From contig CAKOQK010000004.1 in assembly GCA_934101225.1 (NCBI GenBank), positions 6,736 to 70,735 of the forward strand: a stretch of 64,000 nt of DNA. Direction: 5' to 3'. This stretch comes from an uncultured Bacilli bacterium (lineage in GTDB: Bacteria > Bacillota_I > Bacilli_A > RF39 > UBA660). Made by a program: the position numbers and the translations under genes. Below are positions 8,297 to 14,591 of the stretch, in pieces (within the stretch, counting starts at the first letter, position 1; each line of letters starts with the position of its first letter). Below the pieces are notes generated by a model, which made no database searches, was not told the origin of the DNA, and saw only the letters and a program-made list of their open reading frames with translations.

Positions 8297-8672
8297 AGAA
8301 AGATTTATTAAAATGCTAGAACAAGCAAAAGAAGATGAATACGGAAGATTATATGTTTTAGGAGAATATAATAACAAAATCTATTTTGGAACTATAACGA
8401 CTATTTGTGATGATATATTTAAAGATAATAAAAGTGCTGAAATATATGACAGACACTTTTGGAATGATGATACTTTAGATTGTTACGTGGTATCAACTAG
8501 AAACAATGAAGATATCAAATATAAAGTTCCAGAAAGAATTGGCTATTGTAAAGGATATGAATGTTTTAATAGTATTGATGATTATATAGAACATTTAAGA
8601 ACAAAAATTGATGAGCTGATAGATATATCAAATAAATATTCTAGATTGTTAGAGAAAGGTGCTAATGATTAA
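8289..8672 (+). CDS. Hypothetical protein, paralog of 7955-8296
   Basis: ATG in the AATGAATAAA junction; shared C-terminal segment. Confidence 0.55.
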   Translation: MNKERFIKMLEQAKEDEYGRLYVLGEYNNKIYFGTITTICDDIFKDNKSAEIYDRHFWNDDTLDCYVVSTRNNEDIKYKVPERIGYCKGYECFNSIDDYIEHLRTKIDELIDISNKYSRLLEKGAND

Positions 8673-8804
8673 ATGAAGAAAAAAGAAATAGATATAGTAG
8701 ATATTAAAAATGCTGATTACTTAAAATTTTATGTAGAAAATGACTTTATTTATTGTGAAAATGAATATGGTGAAAGAGTGATCGTAGGAGATTTATATCA
8801 TTAA
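8673..8804 (+). CDS. Hypothetical small protein (43 aa)
   Basis: ATG immediately after the upstream TAA; MKKKEIDIVDIKNADYLKFYVENDFIYCENEYGERVIVGDLYH. Below the track cut-off. Confidence 0.35.
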   Translation: MKKKEIDIVDIKNADYLKFYVENDFIYCENEYGERVIVGDLYH

Positions 8805-8823
8805 CATGAGGAGTTAAATTGGA

Positions 8824-9201
8824 ATGACTAAAGAAGAATTAATAATAGGATTTTTTGAAAAAGGTTATTGTTGTGACTTAGATGAAGTTAAAGATACTTG
8901 TTTAGGCTTATTAAAAGAAAATCAAGAATTAAAAAATCAACTTGAAGATAAAGACAATTTTATAAATAAATTACAGGCAACAAAAGGCAAGTTAAATAAA
9001 TGGGATTATGAAAATACAATGAAACAAGAAAAGTTTTTAAAGTATTTAGAAGATGAATTAAAACGAATTAATCCTAGCGAGTTAACAGTTCGTGAACTTG
9101 TTGATTCGGAATTAGATAATGTTGGGTTTACTCAATATTTGACTTATAAAGAAGTTTTACAAAAATATAAAAAAATAATGAACGGATCTGAACAGTTCTG
9201 A
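8824..9201 (+). CDS. Hypothetical coiled-coil protein, module A N-terminus
   Basis: GAGGAG SD; the first 72 nt are nearly identical to 5982-6053. Confidence 0.6.
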   Translation: MTKEELIIGFFEKGYCCDLDEVKDTCLGLLKENQELKNQLEDKDNFINKLQATKGKLNKWDYENTMKQEKFLKYLEDELKRINPSELTVRELVDSELDNVGFTQYLTYKEVLQKYKKIMNGSEQF

Positions 9202-9220
9202 ACGAAGGAGGAAAAGAAAA

Positions 9221-9460
9221 ATGAATAAAGATTTATATTATGAATTAAAGTGTTTAATGGATAAAAAAGGAAAATTAGAATGGTTTTTACAAGTATTAAA
9301 AGATCATCCAAGTAAGAGTGAAATAGTATTACTTCGTGGTGGTGTAAGTATGTCACTTGAAGATGCTGATATAGAAATGTTAATCCCTTATTATGAAAAC
9401 AAAATTAAATTATTAGAAGATAAAATAAATAAATTCTATTTGTCTAAAACTATTGATTAG
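9221..9460 (+). CDS. Hypothetical protein (79 aa)
   Basis: GAAGGAGGA SD upstream. Confidence 0.55.
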   Translation: MNKDLYYELKCLMDKKGKLEWFLQVLKDHPSKSEIVLLRGGVSMSLEDADIEMLIPYYENKIKLLEDKINKFYLSKTID

Positions 9461-9468
9461 GAGGAAAA

Positions 9469-9894
9469 ATGAATAATATTGATAAAGATATATTAAAACG
9501 AAATATTATTAGATGTGAAAAAGCATTAAATGAAAATAATAAGAAATACAAGTTTGATCTTGATTATAAAAAAATGTGGGAGGATCTTGTTGATAAATCT
9601 TTAGATTTACAAGAAGAAAATCGAGAATTAAAACTGCAAAATTTAGATTTAAGAAATGTCTATTTTAATGTAACTCACATAAATAAAATCTATACAAAAA
9701 AAATAAACAGATATATTGCTAAACAACAAAAGTTTATAAAGTTTTTAGAGGATGAAATAAAAATTAATAAAATAAAATATGGAGATACATTAACCGATAT
9801 AAGTTATTTTGATGTTACTATTCGTATTAATGTTTTTACAGAAATTTTGCAAAAATATAGAAGTATAATAAGAGGAAATAAAGATGAAAAGTAG
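9469..9894 (+). CDS. Hypothetical coiled-coil protein (141 aa)
   Basis: TAGGAGGA SD upstream. Confidence 0.55.
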   Translation: MNNIDKDILKRNIIRCEKALNENNKKYKFDLDYKKMWEDLVDKSLDLQEENRELKLQNLDLRNVYFNVTHINKIYTKKINRYIAKQQKFIKFLEDEIKINKIKYGDTLTDISYFDVTIRINVFTEILQKYRSIIRGNKDEK

Positions 9895-10153
9895 TGAATT
9901 TATAATTAAAGCAAAAGAATTAGTAAAAAAATATGCTAATGAGCATTTAGATAAAAGTGATGACATACCTGAATTTGATGTATTTGTAGTTTGGTATGCT
10001 TATGAATTAGGACATAGTAAAGCATTATTGAGTACAACGCTATTAGATGGTATGTATTATGAAATAACTTATAATTCAAATAAAAATGAAATATATTTTG
10101 ATGCTTATAAAAAATTTGAAAATAAATGTATAAATATAGGAGATGATAAATAA
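9884..10153 (+). CDS. Hypothetical phage protein (89 aa)
   Basis: Overlaps the upstream stop; the VVWYAYELGHSKALLSTTLLDGMYYEITYN pattern recalls a conserved small phage family, identity not confirmed. Confidence 0.55.
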   Translation: MKSSEFIIKAKELVKKYANEHLDKSDDIPEFDVFVVWYAYELGHSKALLSTTLLDGMYYEITYNSNKNEIYFDAYKKFENKCINIGDDK

Positions 10154-10335
10154 TGAATGTAATACAATGCAACAATAAATTATTTATTGATGGAAAAGAA
10201 ATAAAACAGCCAAAATCACTATTTTTCAAAAATTGTGTTTGTACAGTTAATAATAAGATATATGTTAATGGTAAAGAACAAATTAAAGGTAAGTGGAAAT
10301 ATACTATAAAATCTATATTTCACACTTTGTTTTAG
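10153..10335 (+). CDS. Hypothetical small protein (60 aa)
   Basis: 1-nt stop/start overlap. Confidence 0.45.
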   Translation: MNVIQCNNKLFIDGKEIKQPKSLFFKNCVCTVNNKIYVNGKEQIKGKWKYTIKSIFHTLF

Positions 10336-10344
10336 GAGGTAAAG

Positions 10345-10524
10345 ATGAAAATAAATAATTCAAATGATGGAATGGGGTTTGTTGGTTTATTAACAATAGT
10401 ATTTATTGTTTTAAAATTAACTAAAGTAATTAGTTGGAGTTGGTTATGGGTATTAAGCCCATTATGGATAAGTTTAGTAATAGGACTATTACTTATTATA
10501 ATTTATTTTATTATTGTGAGGTAA
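10345..10524 (+). CDS. Small two-helix membrane protein (59 aa)
   Basis: TAGGAGGT SD; GFVGLLTIVFIVL and WLWVLSPLWISLVIGLLLIIIYFIIV hydrophobic helices. Not in the track; its frame competes with the 5' extension of ORF 10434. Confidence 0.55.
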   Translation: MKINNSNDGMGFVGLLTIVFIVLKLTKVISWSWLWVLSPLWISLVIGLLLIIIYFIIVR

Positions 10525-10526
10525 AA

Positions 10527-10931
10527 ATGAAAAACAAAATAATAGCTTTAATTGTTATAGGATTATTTGTATTAACAGCAATAGGATGTACAAGTGCAGA
10601 AACTGTATCTTATAATATAAGCCGAGAAAGTGACGAATTTAAAGTAAAGAGAAGAATTACATTTGTTAATTTAAGAACTGGAGATTACTTATTTACTATG
10701 ACAGGTAAATGCTCTATTCAAGGTGGCAGTGGAAGTATAAATAGTGAATTAGAAGTAGTTTGTAGAATCGGAGAAGATAAATATCAAAAACATATGTTAT
10801 ATTTAGCTGAAGAAACAACTTATGTTGTAGAACAATTAGAAGATAGCGATGTATCAAGATATGATTATGAATTTGTATTTAGACCAGAAGCAATTATTCC
10901 TATTGAGATTAAAACACAAGTAGGTGATTAA
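10527..10931 (+). CDS. Phage-encoded lipoprotein (134 aa)
   Basis: Signal peptide MKNKIIALIVIGLFVLTAIGC with lipobox-like AIGC. The internal ATG 10527 is preferred over the track start at 10434. Confidence 0.65.
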   Translation: MKNKIIALIVIGLFVLTAIGCTSAETVSYNISRESDEFKVKRRITFVNLRTGDYLFTMTGKCSIQGGSGSINSELEVVCRIGEDKYQKHMLYLAEETTYVVEQLEDSDVSRYDYEFVFRPEAIIPIEIKTQVGD

Positions 10932-10934
10932 AAA

Positions 10935-11033
10935 ATGGGTAATTTTATATTAGGTTTATTAGCAGGAATTTTTATAGGAACACTTATGTTAATGTTTTTA
11001 CTCATTATTTTAAATGCTGCTAAAGATGATTAA
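10935..11033 (+). CDS. Tiny single-helix membrane peptide (32 aa)
   Basis: MGNFILGLLAGIFIGTLMLMFLLIILNAAKDD; starts 1 nt after the lipoprotein stop. Confidence 0.4.
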   Translation: MGNFILGLLAGIFIGTLMLMFLLIILNAAKDD

Positions 11034-11544
11034 TTTTAAAGATCAATGTGATATTTGTAAGCATTTTGAAATACTTATAGGATATAAAAATGAATGTCTT
11101 TGTATTAATTGTTTATTAAAAATATTAAAAGAAAGGAATGTGATTGATATGAATGGAATAGAAAGAATCAAAATATTATCTGCTAAAATAACGGATAAAC
11201 CTTTACTTAAAATAGTAGAATATCTTTTATCAAGAGAAGATATGAACGATAAATATTTAGCTGAAGAAAAAAGTTTATCTCAAATGATATCATATATTAG
11301 ATCAGAAGCAAAAAAACAAGCCAAAAATGGAGTAGCTATGATTGAGGATGAAGTTGTCTATGGATGGGCTATACATTATTTTGACGAAACAAATAAAGAT
11401 TTAGGATTAGATAAAAAAGTCGATAAAATAGAACTAGAAGATGATAATTCTAAAACTATTGAAAATAAACCAAAAAAGATAATTTCTAAAAAGCCAAAAC
11501 AAGATGTGGTACCAGAAGGACAATTACAATTAGAATTATTTTAA
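11026..11544 (+). CDS. PcfK-like protein (AcrIIA9-family-like) with a short N-terminal Cys-rich extension; start uncertain (11014/11026/11149)
   Basis: Core IERIKILSAKI...SQMISYIRSEAKKQAKNGVAMIEDEVVYGWAIHYFDE resembles the PcfK-like domain; sits immediately upstream of a PcfJ-like gene, as in pCF10-type elements. Confidence 0.5.
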   Translation: MINFKDQCDICKHFEILIGYKNECLCINCLLKILKERNVIDMNGIERIKILSAKITDKPLLKIVEYLLSREDMNDKYLAEEKSLSQMISYIRSEAKKQAKNGVAMIEDEVVYGWAIHYFDETNKDLGLDKKVDKIELEDDNSKTIENKPKKIISKKPKQDVVPEGQLQLELF

Positions 11545-11545
11545 A

Positions 11546-12985
11546 ATGTATTTAACTAAAAAAATAAAAATATTAATGGATGAATTTGATAATGACGTTA
11601 AACTGCCTAAAAAATTTAATTCATATGTGGAAAAAATCAAAGTTTCCCACAAATTGATAATTAAAAGTAAAAATGGATATCATTGTGATTATTGTAATTC
11701 AAATTTTCAAAAGAAAAGAATAACTAAAAAATTATACGGCGAAAAATTGATACAATGTCCTATTTGTAAGCAAACATTAATTGTTAAATCAAATAGAATT
11801 AAAAATTATATTCAAAAAGATAATTTTTGTATCATAGAACGTTTTAAAGGATATTATATTTTTAGACTATTTCAAGTTGAAACAACATATCGAAACGGAA
11901 ATTATAGTAGCCATATTTGCGAATTTGGAAGAAAATTGTTTGATGATAATTTTGGTTATATTTATGAAATTTATAATGATAATATAAGTTCTACCATATC
12001 AGGTAAATATGTTAATCATAGAGAATTTTTGAATTTTAATTGGAAACGAAATGGAAGTTATTATCATACACTAGGAGATGTTTATAAATTATATCCATAC
12101 AATTTAAAGAAACTTTTTAAAGGTACTAAATGGCAATATTCACAAATATGGGATTTTGCAAAACATATTACTTATTTTGATATATCAAATTTTATGTATT
12201 CGTATTCAAACTCAATTGAATATTTAATCAAAAATAGATTATATATTTTAACTAATGATTTACTTGAAAATACATCACGTGGTTATATTCTAAAACTAGA
12301 TTATAAATATATAAAACAAAATTTACTATTTATTAGAAAATATAATTTAAAAATAGATGAAATAACTATTATGCAATATTTTAATATTTTTGATATTAAG
12401 TTAATTCGAAAATATAGTGAATATGCAGATAATTTAGATGATATTTTACATGAATTAAATATAAAACTTGAATTAGTAGATAAATATGTTAAGGATGCAC
12501 AAGATGGATTTTGTGAATACATAGATTATCTTCAAATATGCAAATTACTTGAATACGATATGAAAGATAAAAAAATATTATATCCAAGTAATGCAGTCGA
12601 TTCACATGACAAAGTTCTAAAGATTTACGATAATATAAAAGATAAGACATATCAAAAAGCGATAAAAAAGAGATATGCAATAATTAAAAAATATGCTTAT
12701 AAAGATAAAAAATATATAGTTTATCCAGTGAAATCACAAAAAGAACTTATAAATGAAAGTAAACAACAAAATAATTGTGTTAAAACATATGCAGAAAGAA
12801 TCGCAAAAGGTGAATGTGATATATATTTTATGAGATTAACATCTAATGTAAATACATCACTGGTTACTATTGAGGTTAAAAATAATAAAGTCGTTCAAAA
12901 AAGAACAAAAAATAATTGTGATACAACATTAGAACAAAATAAATTTATAGAAAAATGGGAAAGGAAAATATTAAATAATGGATGA
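11546..12985 (+). CDS. PcfJ-like protein (479 aa)
   Basis: N-terminal zinc-ribbon CDYCNS...CPICKQ; C-terminal ELINESKQQNNCVKTYAERIAKGECDIYFMR resembles the PcfJ-like domain. Confidence 0.55.
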   Translation: MYLTKKIKILMDEFDNDVKLPKKFNSYVEKIKVSHKLIIKSKNGYHCDYCNSNFQKKRITKKLYGEKLIQCPICKQTLIVKSNRIKNYIQKDNFCIIERFKGYYIFRLFQVETTYRNGNYSSHICEFGRKLFDDNFGYIYEIYNDNISSTISGKYVNHREFLNFNWKRNGSYYHTLGDVYKLYPYNLKKLFKGTKWQYSQIWDFAKHITYFDISNFMYSYSNSIEYLIKNRLYILTNDLLENTSRGYILKLDYKYIKQNLLFIRKYNLKIDEITIMQYFNIFDIKLIRKYSEYADNLDDILHELNIKLELVDKYVKDAQDGFCEYIDYLQICKLLEYDMKDKKILYPSNAVDSHDKVLKIYDNIKDKTYQKAIKKRYAIIKKYAYKDKKYIVYPVKSQKELINESKQQNNCVKTYAERIAKGECDIYFMRLTSNVNTSLVTIEVKNNKVVQKRTKNNCDTTLEQNKFIEKWERKILNNG

Positions 12986-13490
12986 AAAGGAATTAACAAG
13001 AGTTGTATTAAAAGAATTAGAAACAATGGGAATGCTTAAACGAAAGAATGATGTATTTAAAAATACTGAATCTGTATTATACAATTATAATACGATTAAA
13101 GAAACAATTTCTCAGAGAAGAGATCAGATAAATGACTTAAAAAAATATGGTTTACCAAAGAAATCAAAATCAATAACATCTGTGTCACAAAACACTATTG
13201 TTATTGAAGAAAATGATTTATTAGACTTAACTATTAAAAATATTGAAAAATCTATTATTAAAACAAAGGTAATATTAAACTATATAGATAATATATTAAG
13301 TAAATTTAAATCAGATCCTTATTATGAAATTTTAAGACTTAAATACTTTGATAAAAAAACACATGAAGAAATAGCAGAATATTACAAAAAAGATGTTGCA
13401 ACAGTTAGTAGAAATAAAAATAGATTAATTAATGAAATAAAAGTCTATTTAATGCCAAATGATATTATCACTGATTTATTAGGATATTAA
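12978..13490 (+). CDS. Sigma-70 region-4-like / ArpU-type phage late transcription regulator
   Basis: C-terminal YYEILRLKYFDKKTHEEIAEYYKKDVATVSRNKNRLINEI is HTH region-4-like; last gene before the packaging operon. Confidence 0.6.
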   Translation: MDEKELTRVVLKELETMGMLKRKNDVFKNTESVLYNYNTIKETISQRRDQINDLKKYGLPKKSKSITSVSQNTIVIEENDLLDLTIKNIEKSIIKTKVILNYIDNILSKFKSDPYYEILRLKYFDKKTHEEIAEYYKKDVATVSRNKNRLINEIKVYLMPNDIITDLLGY

Positions 13491-13577
13491 ATGTTTCAAT
13501 GCAAAAATCGTGCAAAAAGTGTGCTATTTACATATCAGTTTTTAACTAATATAATGAGTATAATGAAATATTTGTAA

Positions 13578-13606
13578 AGTGGTATTCGAGCAATACTGCT
13601 TTTTTT
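13578..13606 (+). terminator. Intrinsic-terminator-like hairpin directly upstream of the HNH gene
   Basis: 9-bp stem AGTGGTATT/AATACTGCT (2 G-U pairs), 5-nt loop, T7 run. Confidence 0.45.
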
Positions 13607-13612
13607 AGTGAG

Positions 13613-14002
13613 GTGAAATATTTGTGTAAAGATTGGGTAACTTGTTCAAGGTGTGGCAAGATAGTTGAAAGAGGACATAATTGTCCATACAAAAATAAGA
13701 TGTATCAAAAGAAAGATACTAATGCTAATAAATTCAGAAATACTAAAGCATGGTTAAAGAAGAGTATAGAGATAAGGCAAAGAGATAAATACCTTTGTCA
13801 AGTATGCATTAATAATCTCTATAATACAATCAATTGCTTTAATACTGAGAAGTTAGAAGTACATCATATAACTCCAATTGAAGAAGATTATAATAGAAGA
13901 TTAGACAATGATAATCTTATTACTTTATGTAATAAGCATCATCGAATGGCTGAGTTAGATAAGATTCCAAGAGATGTATTATATAATTTGATAAATAAGT
14001 AA
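13613..14002 (+). CDS. HNH endonuclease (packaging-associated)
   Basis: GTG start after GTGAGG; CxxC...HHITPIEEDYNRRLDNDNLITLCNKHH HNH motif; lies adjacent to TerS/TerL. Confidence 0.85.
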   Translation: MKYLCKDWVTCSRCGKIVERGHNCPYKNKMYQKKDTNANKFRNTKAWLKKSIEIRQRDKYLCQVCINNLYNTINCFNTEKLEVHHITPIEEDYNRRLDNDNLITLCNKHHRMAELDKIPRDVLYNLINK

Positions 14003-14081
14003 TCTATTAAATTTATCTTATTTATGATCTTAAATTTAATTAATTTTATTTAAAATATAACTATATATCTTTAATAAAATT

Positions 14082-14160
14082 GAGTACCCCCCTACAAAAA
14101 AGTTGATTTTTAAATCTTCGCGAGAATACCCACACTAGCCCCACATTCACACAAATAAAA
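14082..14160. other. Putative cos (cohesive end) region
   Basis: Locally GC-rich island (GAGTACCCCCCTAC ... CTTCGCGAGAATACCCACACTAGCCCCACATTCACAC) in the 215-nt gap between HNH and TerS. The HNH-cos-TerS arrangement is typical of HK97-like cos phages. Confidence 0.4.
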
Positions 14161-14237
14161 AAATTACATAGTTTTTTTGGAAAATTCATTCGGTCACGAC
14201 AAATATTCATATAAAAATGCAAGGAGTGATTTTATGT

Positions 14238-14591
14238 ATGGGAAAAAAGCAAAATTTTAATCAGCAAGCAAAAGAAATATTAAGAATTGCTGAAAAATAC
14301 GGAGTTGAACAAAACTTCTTTTTTATTACAACTTTTAATAGATATTTAATTCAAATAAATATTTTAGATCAATTAGAAAAGAAGATAAAAGAAGAAGGTA
14401 CGTTAGTCACAAAAGAATACGTTAAAGGTAGAGGAAATTTATATACTAATCCTGCAATTACTGAATACAATAAAACTTCTACATCTGCAAATCAAACTGT
14501 TGCAACATTAATTAAAATAATTAAATCAAAAAGCGATGGTGAAGAAGATGAAGCTGAAGATGAACTTTTACAAGCATTAGGAATTAAGTAA
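14238..14591 (+). CDS. Terminase small subunit (P27-family-like)
   Basis: Position directly upstream of TerL with an ATGA-type overlap; size and acidic C-terminus fit; AAGGAG upstream of ATG 14238 (the track start at 14217 has no SD). Confidence 0.65.
   Translation: MGKKQNFNQQAKEILRIAEKYGVEQNFFFITTFNRYLIQINILDQLEKKIKEEGTLVTKEYVKGRGNLYTNPAITEYNKTSTSANQTVATLIKIIKSKSDGEEDEAEDELLQALGIK

Noticed and set aside
12301-12680. Two minus-strand ORFs (12301-12522, 12489-12680) inside the PcfJ-like gene
   Set aside because: Antisense shadows of a long plus-strand gene; no SD and low-complexity products.
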